40,853 nt of DNA from Verrucomicrobiales bacterium (GCA_031411295.1 JANOAV010000095.1:1-40853); one strand, 5' to 3'; counted from the stretch's first letter, positions 28,333-37,200 are shown. The notes: a model not told the origin generated them from the letters alone. Numbers and translations are program-made.

Positions 28333-28704
28333 CTAGTGAGAGACGATGGTCTTAAAGCCACCGAAGGCCATGCGCTTGCAGTCGAAAATTTGCCCTGTTT
28401 GCTCGCACATCCCCTTGAGTCGCTCATCAGCCATGATCTTGGCGTTCGCAGCGTCACGGGCGGCGCGATCCGCAAAGACGGCCCAAGCAAAGATGACGGT
28501 CTCGTGCGCTTGCGCGGCTGCCGTTTCATCGAAACGGCGGCAGAAGTCCGTGCTCAGATCTTCGGCCGCGCACTCGGTGTATTGCAGGGCGCCGTGTTCT
28601 TTCCAGATCGCGGCAGCTTGCTCCGCAAGTTGGCGGTATTGCTCGAGTTTGTCAGACGGGACGGGCAGTAGAAAGCCGTCAATGTAGGTTCCTGGAGTTT
28701 TCAT
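28333..28704 (-). CDS. DUF1428 (YbaA-like) protein
   Basis: YIDGFLLPVP, WKEHGAL, ETVIF.W, RDAANAKIM.D.R and FD.KRM.FGGF. Confidence 0.92.
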   Translation of the reverse strand: MKTPGTYIDGFLLPVPSDKLEQYRQLAEQAAAIWKEHGALQYTECAAEDLSTDFCRRFDETAAAQAHETVIFAWAVFADRAARDAANAKIMADERLKGMCEQTGQIFDCKRMAFGGFKTIVSH

Positions 28705-28732
28705 GGTGTCGTTGGGTGTATGGGTTGCGGGT

Positions 28733-29155
28733 CTAAGGTTTTTCGCAGAGGGCTTTCAACAGGCTCAGAGATTTCGGCCACATCTCGTTGAACACAGCTT
28801 CGTCGTGATGCGGACTGTCCATCTCGATCAGTAACTCCGTCCCACTGGCGTGTTCCCGGAATATAAAGTTCTCAAATGCTGGGTCGGTGAAGGGCTCTTC
28901 GGCTCCGTTGTTCAGTCGGGCAAGCAGGCGGACGGAGATCAGCTCATGGCGCTTGCTCTCGGCAATCGTTGCTATCATTCCGTCGCCTGACGGACCCAGA
29001 AATCGGATAGCAGCACCCTGGTCCCACGAACCCTCGAAAGAGATGCCGGCACAGAAGCCAGCAGTCCACTGCTGATAGGTGGCCGCAGTGAGCATGGTCT
29101 CCCAGACTTTGGGTCTGGGCGCGTGGATGATGATGGCGAAATGCAGGCGCTTCAT
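28733..29155 (-). CDS. SRPBCC domain protein
   Basis: I.IHAP..KVW..M...Y..WT..F, FEGSW.QG..IRF and WPK.L..LK.LCE. Confidence 0.88.
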   Translation of the reverse strand: MKRLHFAIIIHAPRPKVWETMLTAATYQQWTAGFCAGISFEGSWDQGAAIRFLGPSGDGMIATIAESKRHELISVRLLARLNNGAEEPFTDPAFENFIFREHASGTELLIEMDSPHHDEAVFNEMWPKSLSLLKALCEKP

Positions 29156-29215
29156 GGCTGATTGTGCTATGGCGTTATCGGGACAGAATCAGGTGCATCA
29201 AAATGGTTGCCAAGG

Positions 29216-29701
29216 TTATCCTCGCACCGCTGCTTCAATCGCAGCGACGTCGATCTTTCTCATGGTCATCATCGCATCAAATGCCCGTTTCGCAGCAATG
29301 GGGTCTGGGCCGGTGAAGGCTTTGGTCAGAGCGGTCGGTGTGATCTGCCAATGCAGTCCCCATTTGTCCTTGCACCAGCCACACTGGCTCTCCTCGCCAG
29401 CATTGCCGACAATGGCGTTCCAGTAGCGATCCGTCTCTGCTTGGTCATCGGTTGCGACCTGAAAGGAGAATCCCATGTTGTGCTCCACACCCGGCCCGCC
29501 GTTGAGGCCGAGGCAGGGGATCCCCATCACACTGAACTCGACAGTCAACACATCGCCTTCTTGGCACGATGGATTGTCGCTCGGTGCTCGATGCACCGCT
29601 CCCACGGATGAATTGGGAAATGTCTCGGCGTAGAATCGTGCCGCAGATTCGGCGTCACGATCGAACCAGAGACAGATGGTGTTCTTGGGTGGATGGGTCA
29701 T
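29216..29701 (-). CDS. VOC family protein (3-demethylubiquinone methyltransferase-like / PhnB)
   Basis: KNTICLWF, VLTVEF, LNGGP, DQAETDRYWNAI, ESQCGWCKDKWG..WQITP; start at ATG 29701. Confidence 0.92.
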   Translation of the reverse strand: MTHPPKNTICLWFDRDAESAARFYAETFPNSSVGAVHRAPSDNPSCQEGDVLTVEFSVMGIPCLGLNGGPGVEHNMGFSFQVATDDQAETDRYWNAIVGNAGEESQCGWCKDKWGLHWQITPTALTKAFTGPDPIAAKRAFDAMMTMRKIDVAAIEAAVRG

Positions 29702-29839
29702 AGGAGGGTGTCGGCTTGGGTTGTTTTTGTTGTGATGATCACTCTGGGATTTCCCCGGCTTGGCTGAAGGCAGAGGCTCGTATGGGGTCGGAGGGACGGT
29801 TTCCCGATGATTGACCAAATGCGGGCCAAAATCTATGCG

Positions 29840-30379
29840 TCATTTGGCTGGCGCGGGGCTGACCAGCTTCTCGAGATCAGCCAGACCTTTCTCAAACTCA
29901 GGACCGCACATGCTCTCGCAGTCCATGAACAAGCTGATGGTTTTGGCGAGCAGGCCTTCGTTCTTGCCATACATGGCCCAGGTCACAGTGGTCTTATCGC
30001 CTTCGGTTTTGAAGGTGAAGTCCACGGTGCTGGTGCCTTCCATGGGCTTCTTCCAATCCATGCGTTCACGGATGAGTTCGTTGGGCTTGCTTTCCGTGAT
30101 CGTGGCCGAGCCTTCTCCGGTCTTCTCGCCCACCCAACTCGCCACCGCACCCACGCCTGCTTCGGGGCCGGTGTAGGTATTCTTGGCGGAGGGGTCCATT
30201 TTCATCCAAGGATTCCACTCGTTGAACTTCTTGTGGTTGTTGAAGTAGTCGAACAGCACTTCTGGCTTGGCTGCGATGGTGCGGCTGCGCTCGACCCGGA
30301 AGTCGGGTGATTTGAAAGCAGCGACGATGAGAATGAGGGCAATGATGGCAACAAAGCCGAGGAGTATTTTCTTGAGCAT
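29840..30379 (-). CDS. SRPBCC family protein with N-terminal membrane anchor
   Basis: FRVERS..I, WNPW..MDP, G...GVGA..SW.G and VTWAM.G; start at ATG 30379. Confidence 0.9.
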   Translation of the reverse strand: MLKKILLGFVAIIALILIVAAFKSPDFRVERSRTIAAKPEVLFDYFNNHKKFNEWNPWMKMDPSAKNTYTGPEAGVGAVASWVGEKTGEGSATITESKPNELIRERMDWKKPMEGTSTVDFTFKTEGDKTTVTWAMYGKNEGLLAKTISLFMDCESMCGPEFEKGLADLEKLVSPAPAK

Positions 30380-30405
30380 GATTATTCTGGGTTGGGTTGT
30401 GTCAT

Positions 30406-30480
30406 CAACCACGGAAAACACAGAATACACGGAATGAGGCCGCTGTTTCCGTGTCTTCCGCGTTTTCCGTGGTCAAAATT
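30406..30480. repeat. Imperfect palindrome of three ~9-nt units, downstream of the GxxExxY gene
   Basis: ACCACGGAAAACACAGAATACACGGAA ... TTCCGTGTCTTCCGCGTTTTCCGTGGT (27-bp arms, 3 mismatches). Confidence 0.9.
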
Positions 30481-30485
30481 AGTCA

Positions 30486-30863
30486 TCATTTCACAATGCG
30501 TTCGATTTGTATCTGCGGGTAATGGCCGAAATTGACGAGCAAGCCGAGTTTTAAGCCAGTGGCTTTCAAGTAGTTGTGAACCTGAGCACGGTGTTCGTCA
30601 GTGAGTTCGTTGACGGCTTTGATCTCCATCACGATTTTGCCGAAGCAGATGAAATCAGGGCGATATTCGGTCTTTAGTTTGGTGCCTTTGTAGCTCAACT
30701 CAAGCTTGGGCTGCGGATCTGCATCGATGCCTAGCAACGCAAACTCGAGTTGAAGGCACTCTTGGTAAACTGCTTCCAAGAAACCACAGCCTTTGTCCTT
30801 ATAGACCTCGAAGCAAGCGCCTCGGATGCAGAAAGATTCATCTTTGTAAACAAGTTCAGGCAT
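30486..30863 (-). CDS. GxxExxY protein (PD-(D/E)XK nuclease-like)
   Basis: GCGFLEAVYQECL, YRPDFIC..KIVMEIKAV, HRAQV.NYLKATG...GLLVNFG. Confidence 0.95.
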   Translation of the reverse strand: MPELVYKDESFCIRGACFEVYKDKGCGFLEAVYQECLQLEFALLGIDADPQPKLELSYKGTKLKTEYRPDFICFGKIVMEIKAVNELTDEHRAQVHNYLKATGLKLGLLVNFGHYPQIQIERIVK

Positions 30864-30920
30864 AGGGTGATTAGGTTGGGTTTATGGGGGATTGTGTCTG
30901 AATGAAATGAGGTTTGTGGT

Positions 30921-31006
30921 CAACCACGGAAAACACAGGATACACGGAATGAGACGACTCTGAGTCCGCTGTTTCCGTGTCTTCCTCGTATTCCATGGTC
31001 AAATTT
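30921..31006. repeat. Second copy of the 3x9-nt palindrome, upstream of the GxxExxY gene
   Basis: CAACCACGGAAAACACAGGATACACGGAATGAG ... CCGCTGTTTCCGTGTCTTCCTCGTATTCCATGGTCAAATT; direct repeat of 30406-30480 with a longer loop. Confidence 0.9.
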
Positions 31007-31021
31007 TGGTAGCCGTCCAGG

Positions 31022-31549
31022 TTACCTGCGCATGAAGATGACGGGCGGACCGCAGGGGGCGCTCTTTCCATTCTCCCAGCCCACGCCTTCCAGCTTGAAG
31101 TGGTTGGCATCAATGAACGTGTAGGTGGCTCCGTGCATGTGCTTGTCCTTGGCCGCGTTTAAGCCTGGCGTCGGTGCCAAATCAAAAGTAAGCGAGTCAC
31201 CTGTGCTCTTCGTGAGTTTCATTCTCGGCTGGTTCCGCAACATGCAGTAGTGGGTCATGGTGAGCTTGCCAGTCACATCGTGGTAGAGGCTCAGCATTTC
31301 CATTGGGGTGCCTTCCGCAAACCGCTCCTCGATCACGGAATCTCCTGCGATGAGGCGGAACTCGGTGTTCATTTTCCCCATCATCGGGGAATCCGCCGAC
31401 CACTTGCCCACGAGCGACTTCATACGCTCGAAAGCGGCAGAGCCTTTGTAGGGAGGCATATCGGAATGGGTTGCCTGTTTTGTCTTGCCAGTCTGGCAAG
31501 CGCTGAGAGCGAGGGTGACGATAGAGAGGAGGAGGGTGGGTTTGATCAT
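31022..31549 (-). CDS. Hypothetical lipoprotein (beta-rich)
   Basis: LSAC lipobox; FERMKSLVGKW and MTHYC...NQPRM conserved-looking motifs; start at 31549 or 31570. Confidence 0.75.
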   Translation of the reverse strand: MIKPTLLLSIVTLALSACQTGKTKQATHSDMPPYKGSAAFERMKSLVGKWSADSPMMGKMNTEFRLIAGDSVIEERFAEGTPMEMLSLYHDVTGKLTMTHYCMLRNQPRMKLTKSTGDSLTFDLAPTPGLNAAKDKHMHGATYTFIDANHFKLEGVGWENGKSAPCGPPVIFMRR

Positions 31550-31610
31550 AGTGGTTTTGGTGTTGGACATAGAAAAGTGACGATTCGGTGGTTGAGGCAA
31601 ATTTAACAGT

Positions 31611-32015
31611 TTAATTCTGCGGGGGCACCTCGTTCATATAATTGAGCCCCCAACAGTGGCCATCGAGATCGACAAAGCCGTGGTGATACATGAAACCATA
31701 GTCCTGCGCCTCTTCAATCGTCGAGCCACCTGCAGCGATGGCTTTGCGCACGAGATCATCGACTTGAGCGCGGCTTTCGCAGGTTAGCGCATGGAGCACT
31801 TCCAGGGCTTTGGAAGTGTCGCACACGACCTTGGGCGAGAACTCACGGAACTTCGCGTGCGTTGCGAGCATCACGTAAATGTGCTCGCTGATCACGATGC
31901 AGGCCGAGTCGTCGCCCGTAAACTGAGGGTTCTGGGAATAGCCCAAGGCCTTGTAGAAGGCAAGAGCCCTCGGCAGATCTGCGACGGGAAGGGTGATGAA
32001 GATGAGGGGGCTCAT
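31611..32015 (-). CDS. VOC/glyoxalase family protein
   Basis: IFITLPVADL, FYKALG, NPQFT, SRAQVD, DYGFMY...F.DLDGH.W. Confidence 0.92.
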   Translation of the reverse strand: MSPLIFITLPVADLPRALAFYKALGYSQNPQFTGDDSACIVISEHIYVMLATHAKFREFSPKVVCDTSKALEVLHALTCESRAQVDDLVRKAIAAGGSTIEEAQDYGFMYHHGFVDLDGHCWGLNYMNEVPPQN

Positions 32016-32056
32016 GGGGTTCGAGGGAGGTGTTTTTTAGCTGGGTTCAAGTAATC

Positions 32057-32085
32057 GACGAACAGCGGTTTCCGATGAGGACATC
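32057..32085 (-). promoter_or_regulatory. ECF42-like promoter heading the VOC/SRPBCC/YciI/sigma operon
   Basis: Minus strand GATGTCCT-N17-CGTC about 40 bp upstream of ATG 32015; resembles the ECF42 TGTCGA/CG(A/T)C consensus. Confidence 0.55.
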
Positions 32086-32122
32086 ATTTTGAAAATAATT
32101 TGCATCATTTCATTTTAGCAGG

Positions 32123-32464
32123 TCAGCGCTTTTTCGAGGCCTTGGCTCTGGGATTGAAAGCAAGCGCCAGTTCGAGCAAGTAGCGCAAGTCCGTTTCCGA
32201 ATCATACCCTTCCGGGTGGACGAAGACGTAGCCTTTCATTGGCCGTCCCGTGAAGTCCATCGGCTTGCAGCCCGGACGATTGAGCGCCTCGGCCTCCATG
32301 GCAGGATCCAAGCGCACCATGAGCCGGGCCTGCTCCACTCCCACGCACATTTTGCCATCCACCATGAAGCACAGTCCACCCATCATGGCTTTGGTCACGA
32401 AGGAAACGCGTCGTTCTTGAAACAGGTCAGTCACGCGGTCTGCCAGCGCGGAGTCGTAAGCCAT
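32123..32464 (-). CDS. TfoX/Sxy N-terminal domain protein
   Basis: MAYD..LADRV, MMGGLCFMVDGKMCVGV, LMVR and MDFTGRPMKGYVFV. Confidence 0.92.
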   Translation of the reverse strand: MAYDSALADRVTDLFQERRVSFVTKAMMGGLCFMVDGKMCVGVEQARLMVRLDPAMEAEALNRPGCKPMDFTGRPMKGYVFVHPEGYDSETDLRYLLELALAFNPRAKASKKR

Positions 32465-32485
32465 GGTGGGTGGGGCGTAAGGGTG

Positions 32486-32875
32486 TTATTGCATCGAATG
32501 CAGCCCGATGATGTTGCTTTCGCTATCAAAGATCAGAGCGATGAATCCGTAATCACCAATGGAGAACTTGTCCTGTTGGATCCTGCCCCCATTCGCCACC
32601 GCGCGCGCCGCTTCCACGGCACAATCCTCACAAGAGAAATAAACGATCGTCCCACTGCCGCCGGAGCTACACCCATCCATTCTAACCAGCGCCCCTGCGG
32701 CACCGGGAAGATCTGGGCTCCCCATGGGAAAGGACCACATTTCGATGGGCATGTCGTTGGGGCTGGGGAGGTGCTCAAGCGTCACGCCAAAGGTGGCTTC
32801 ATAGAACTGCTTGGCTCGCTCCATGTCTTGAACATAGATTTCGAACCAACCGACTGGGTTGCGTTTTGGATTCAT
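32486..32875 (-). CDS. VOC family protein
   Basis: NPVGWFEIYVQDM.RA..FY, GAAGALV, VYFSC.DC and DSESNIIGLHS. Confidence 0.92.
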   Translation of the reverse strand: MNPKRNPVGWFEIYVQDMERAKQFYEATFGVTLEHLPSPNDMPIEMWSFPMGSPDLPGAAGALVRMDGCSSGGSGTIVYFSCEDCAVEAARAVANGGRIQQDKFSIGDYGFIALIFDSESNIIGLHSMQ

Positions 32876-32999
32876 GGTTTCAGTAGTGTTTGATGAGTGA
32901 TGCGGCGCTTCGTGCGTCGGATACAGTCACAATTAATTTACTAAGAGAAAATGCATGCTCAGACAAACATTTTCTCGGCCCGCAACATGAACAGAGGAA

Positions 33000-33332
33000 T
33001 TACACAAGCGTGAACCAAGCGGGATTCAGGCCCGACAGAGCTGGCTTCATAGTTTCCAATTCCGCAGCTGGGCCGTGGATTTCCAGTCGTGTTAGATCTG
33101 CTAGATTTAACATTTCACCGAGTAATGGACCGACTGTCTCCAAGTGGGCCAGCGCTGCTGCGGCGTTCTTGTAGGCTTCACGACAGAAGACTTCGTCCTC
33201 GTTGGCAGTAAATTCGTAGTAAAGGCAATCGGGATCGAGTCTGGTTAGCTCGACGAACTTTGGCAGCAAGGCATGACAAGCGGAGCGTTGTCCAGCGTGG
33301 GCTTTGAAGTATGGGTGGAGGCTGACGGACAT
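33000..33332 (-). CDS. Putative ABM/quinol monooxygenase-like protein
   Basis: CLYYEFT, CREAY.NA..ALAHL and LEIHGP pattern of the dimeric alpha-beta barrel family. Confidence 0.7.
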   Translation of the reverse strand: MSVSLHPYFKAHAGQRSACHALLPKFVELTRLDPDCLYYEFTANEDEVFCREAYKNAAAALAHLETVGPLLGEMLNLADLTRLEIHGPAAELETMKPALSGLNPAWFTLV

Positions 33333-33455
33333 GAGGTTAAATGGAGTTGGAGGTTGTTATGAGATATTGCAGGACCACCGTTAACAGGAGACGAATGATT
33401 TTCCAAACGTTATGTGGTTTAAATTGGTTTTTTGGACAGCCCTGCCGCGTCTGCA

Positions 33456-34259
33456 CTACGGCTCAATCCCAAACATTTTCGTGATGTCAGCGATGAATTG
33501 CTGATGTCTCGGAGGGGAGGCTTGGAGCCACTTTTTCAGATAGAGCGGGAAGGTTTCCTCGGGCGGGGAAGGGGAGCTGTTAAGCCAGGTGACGGCTTCC
33601 CAGTGTTGTGGGGTGCGTTCGAATTGATCAAGCAGCACGAGGGACATGGCTCCGTTGAGGTCTCGGTCGGTGGGGTTGGCTTTGAGGGCTTCCGCGTGTG
33701 TTTGATAGAACTCGGCCAACTTGCCAGAAGCGATGGGCGTGCGGCTTTTGACAACGGTTTGAGCGTAGTCGGCCAAAGCTGGCGCGTAGTCAGCCCAGTT
33801 GGGATAGGGCGGGGATTTTTTCCACATGGAGGAAAGTTTCCGCAGGGTGAAGAGGGAGGCGGTTTCACAGACCGTTTCCTCGAACCATAAGCAGTTCCGG
33901 CTGTCCTTATCGAAGTTGCAGAGGATGTGGCAGAATTCGTGGGCGAACTGATAGGCGAGCTGGCTCCAGAGTTTGTTCTTGGTGGCCAGATCCATGATGA
34001 TTTCCCGTCGCACGGTGCGCTCGTAGTGGACCATGGGCACGGTTTCCACGTGGGTAATCACGAAGGGCTCGATTTCGCGTTTGGGGAAATACGGCCAGAG
34101 CGCTTTCATGGCGCTGTCGACCACGGCCCGCATGTCCTCCGGGGAGGCATCGCCCCAGCCGTCCGGGGCGATGCGGAAGCTGGGCAGCGTGAGGCTGCCT
34201 TCCGCTCGGACAGGAGCGGCGGTCATTCCAGTGAGGGTGAGGAAGGCGCGTCGGTTCAA
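33456..34259 (-). CDS. Tat-signal protein with zincin-like HExxH motif
   Basis: Start TTG 34259 overlaps the upstream stop (TTGA); NRRAFL twin-Arg signal; QFAHEFCH...WFEE. Confidence 0.65.
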   Translation of the reverse strand: MNRRAFLTLTGMTAAPVRAEGSLTLPSFRIAPDGWGDASPEDMRAVVDSAMKALWPYFPKREIEPFVITHVETVPMVHYERTVRREIIMDLATKNKLWSQLAYQFAHEFCHILCNFDKDSRNCLWFEETVCETASLFTLRKLSSMWKKSPPYPNWADYAPALADYAQTVVKSRTPIASGKLAEFYQTHAEALKANPTDRDLNGAMSLVLLDQFERTPQHWEAVTWLNSSPSPPEETFPLYLKKWLQASPPRHQQFIADITKMFGIEP

Positions 34260-35536
34260 GGCTTGGGGAGATGCTGTTGCGCGAAGGCGACATAGGCTTG
34301 CCAATCGGCCAGGGTGACATCATGGCTGCCGGTCCGTAAATTGTAGCCTACCCGAGTCTTAACCAGGGTATCGGGCGCGGGCGAGGCCTCGCTCGCCAGG
34401 CCCTTTTGACCGAGTAATTCATAGGCGGGCGATGCGTGCCAAGCGGCCAGGTATTCGCCCCGGGGATCGGCCCAGAGGTCTTCGGTGGCGGAGCAGACTA
34501 GCAAGGGTCGAGGGGCGATGATGGCTAGCAGGAAATGTTGATCGAACGTGAGGGTGGGTTCCTTGTCGTTGTATTGGGAGAAATTGCGGCAGAACCAATG
34601 CGGGAAGCTGGTATTGATGCGATTGATCGTTTCCCCGAAGATTCGGCTATGGAGCGCGGCTCCGCCGGCCCCGGAATCATTGGAAATGACGATGGCGAAT
34701 CGCTCGTCGGTAGCCCCGGCCCAGAGGGCAGTTTTGCCAAGTCGGCTGTGGCCCATGACCATGACCCGCTTGGGATCAATCGCTGGATCGGTCGAGAAAT
34801 AATCCATCCCCACGCGCATGCCCCACGCCCAGGCCGCCACCGCGCCCCAAGTGGTGCCGTCGCGTTTGGCTTCAATTTCCGGGAACAAGGTGAAGACCCC
34901 GGATTTGAAATTGTCATGCACGTCCGAGACGATGTCGCCATAGTAGGCCGTCGCCACGCCATAACCAGCCGCCAATGCGGTCTCGATCTGCCACCGACTG
35001 GCCCCCTTGCCGCGTCCGGCTTCGGTGGCCCGATGGTTGGCGGTGGCTTTTCCTTTGTTATCATCCGGCATCCAGGAGCGAGCCAGAGGAATGGCCGGGT
35101 CCGCTTCGACGCTATGATTGCCGGTGAAATTCAGTCCCCAGAAGATCGGCACCGGGCCTTTGGCGTCGGCTGGGGTATAGATCAGGATGTCCATGCTGGG
35201 GCCGGCTTCGTCAGCGGAGAAATAGACGGTGACCTGTTTCCGGATCGCCTTGCCACCGCAGGCGGGACCGGGCGCTAGGGAAATTTTCGTTTTGCAGTGG
35301 GCCGGCAAGGGAGGTGATTTCCCATACTCTTCCCGCTCCAGTTGGGCGAGGATTTCCTGACGTCGCGCAGCCCAGGCAGCGGCTGGCAAGTCTTTGGGCA
35401 TCAGGGTGGGGAGGACGTATGCGGGGACTTTCTCCTCCACGTCGTTGAAACCCGCCGGCATGCCGGCGGCGGTGAGGTTGGCTCCAAGCAGGCTGGTGAT
35501 AGTGACCATGGGTAGGAATTTCATGAGCGGCAGCAT
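34256..35536 (-). CDS. CE15 glucuronoyl esterase-like protein
   Basis: GLNFTGNH, AWAWG, GHSRLGK.ALWAGA.DERF, SGAGG, DQH.LLA.IAPRP and WADPRGE motifs. Confidence 0.92.
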   Translation of the reverse strand: MLPLMKFLPMVTITSLLGANLTAAGMPAGFNDVEEKVPAYVLPTLMPKDLPAAAWAARRQEILAQLEREEYGKSPPLPAHCKTKISLAPGPACGGKAIRKQVTVYFSADEAGPSMDILIYTPADAKGPVPIFWGLNFTGNHSVEADPAIPLARSWMPDDNKGKATANHRATEAGRGKGASRWQIETALAAGYGVATAYYGDIVSDVHDNFKSGVFTLFPEIEAKRDGTTWGAVAAWAWGMRVGMDYFSTDPAIDPKRVMVMGHSRLGKTALWAGATDERFAIVISNDSGAGGAALHSRIFGETINRINTSFPHWFCRNFSQYNDKEPTLTFDQHFLLAIIAPRPLLVCSATEDLWADPRGEYLAAWHASPAYELLGQKGLASEASPAPDTLVKTRVGYNLRTGSHDVTLADWQAYVAFAQQHLPKP

Positions 35537-35609
35537 AGCGGCCGCCGCATTTTAGCCAAGCTGAAACATGGAGTTGCTCATTTGCGGGGGGCTGGTTAGA
35601 ATCGCCCCC

Positions 35610-37181
35610 ATGATGCCCCGATTCTTCTTCTTCGTCCTGCTGTTCGGTAGCTTGGGAATGCCCCTGCTCCAGGCTCAAGATTCCTCGCCTGCGGCCGTGC
35701 TGGAAGCCACGGATGACGCTGGGATTGAGGCCGCGTTGGGTAAAATCGCCACGGTTCGGGCCACGGTGGAGCGCGTTGAGGTGCAGAAGTCCGAGCATCG
35801 GAAAATTATTCTGAAAGGGACTAAATTCTGCCTCTACATTTACGCCAAGGACTTTGCCGCCAGTCCGAACTGGAATCTGGACGCCTGGGTGGGGAAGGAA
35901 ATTTTCGCCAGCGGAGTGATTAAACCTTACTATTCTAGCAAGGAAATCGTGCTCAAGGCCCCATCGCAAATTGGGGCCACCGCCGCAGAATTGAAAGTCC
36001 CGGAGGGCGAAGCGTCATCCAGCGGCCTTCCGGCAGGGACCACGCCAGCGGGAGGGGATTTCGTCGTGAAGCTGCCCAAGGCGGAACTAACGCAGGTGGT
36101 GATTCGGACCACGGGCACGTGGTTTTCACGGGTCTCGACTTTGGGCAGCGAGAAGATCGAAATTTCCTGGGCGCAAGGCAAGAGCAGTGCCAGCGGCAAG
36201 GCGCTCCTTTTTGGCACCAGCACCAGTTCCAAAGGCAGGGTCCCAGCAGATGACGCCGTCGGGATCGTGGCTGCGCGGCATGGTGGCGAGTGGCCGGTGG
36301 GGAAGTCAGTGCAAGTGACGCGCCCGCCGTCCACGGACGGATCCATCTGGCCCACCACGTTGACGATGGCGGTGCTCTTGGAATCCTCCATCCAAGGGTG
36401 GAAGCTTCCGCCGGGGACGCGGATCATGGGAACACTCAATCCTGACGGAACGATCGAAGGAGGGCATAACGAGCTGTATCGCCTGCTCCAGCAACCCCCG
36501 GCAGGCGAAGGCATCGTGCTGGTGCCTGCCGCCACGTGGCCCACCTTTGAAGATCAGATTCTCCAGGGCGCCATGGCACCTCTCGCCAATACCCGCTTCT
36601 TCAGCGTGAGTTCGCTGGACGATGTCGGCACCATCTTGACCGCATTGGAGCACGACACATGGGCCGCCCAACTGAAGGCACTGGGGAACCTGCAAACCAC
36701 CCTGGCTGCCAAAGGCGTGATCGCGTTGCGCAGCCCGGAAGCACGCGCGGGCCTGATCGAGATGGTGCGGTTCTGTCCCTCGCTGGTAAATATCAGGGTC
36801 TTCCAGAAAGTAGCCGAAGGCAAGCCGGCGGCGGCTTACACCTTAAATGGCGCGGCCCAGCGTTTATTCGCACTGCATACGCAGTATCTCGTGGCCCGGG
36901 AATTGTTGCAAAACACGACCCCCGAAGCCAGGAAAAAAGCCAAAGAATTCAAGGATGCCCTGGCCACCATGAAGCCGCTGATCCCCGCCAAATATAAGCT
37001 GGTCGTCGAAACCTTGGATGAACTCTTCGATGCCGTGCAGGATGCCGTGCGCTACGAAAGCAAAGACGATAGCGCTCGCGCCAGCAAATCCCGCTCCACC
37101 TTGAAAACCGCTGCCTCCAAAGCCGCCAGCGAGGTCGCGATCCTCGAGCCAGAAGTGGGCCTGGGGCATCCGGTCAAGTAG
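35610..37181 (+). CDS. Secreted hypothetical protein (OB-fold-like N-domain plus degenerate Lon-protease-like domain)
   Basis: Signal peptide; GK.IFASG.IK.Y....EIVL..PSQI OB-like strand pattern; MAVLLES...G...GTLNPDGTI.GG and VLVP resemble the S16 C-terminal fold. Confidence 0.5.
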   Translation: MMPRFFFFVLLFGSLGMPLLQAQDSSPAAVLEATDDAGIEAALGKIATVRATVERVEVQKSEHRKIILKGTKFCLYIYAKDFAASPNWNLDAWVGKEIFASGVIKPYYSSKEIVLKAPSQIGATAAELKVPEGEASSSGLPAGTTPAGGDFVVKLPKAELTQVVIRTTGTWFSRVSTLGSEKIEISWAQGKSSASGKALLFGTSTSSKGRVPADDAVGIVAARHGGEWPVGKSVQVTRPPSTDGSIWPTTLTMAVLLESSIQGWKLPPGTRIMGTLNPDGTIEGGHNELYRLLQQPPAGEGIVLVPAATWPTFEDQILQGAMAPLANTRFFSVSSLDDVGTILTALEHDTWAAQLKALGNLQTTLAAKGVIALRSPEARAGLIEMVRFCPSLVNIRVFQKVAEGKPAAAYTLNGAAQRLFALHTQYLVARELLQNTTPEARKKAKEFKDALATMKPLIPAKYKLVVETLDELFDAVQDAVRYESKDDSARASKSRSTLKTAASKAASEVAILEPEVGLGHPVK

Positions 37182-37200
37182 CTCGCAGGCTGCACCCGAA

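Noticed and set aside
30871..31113. 80-aa ORF upstream of GxxExxY
   Set aside because: Reads through the palindromic repeat and overlaps the lipoprotein gene; likely spurious.
33388..33416. Minus-strand CATAAC-N15-CGTC ECF-like promoter upstream of the ABM gene
   Set aside because: Spacer is short and the -35 does not match ECF42; too weak to call.
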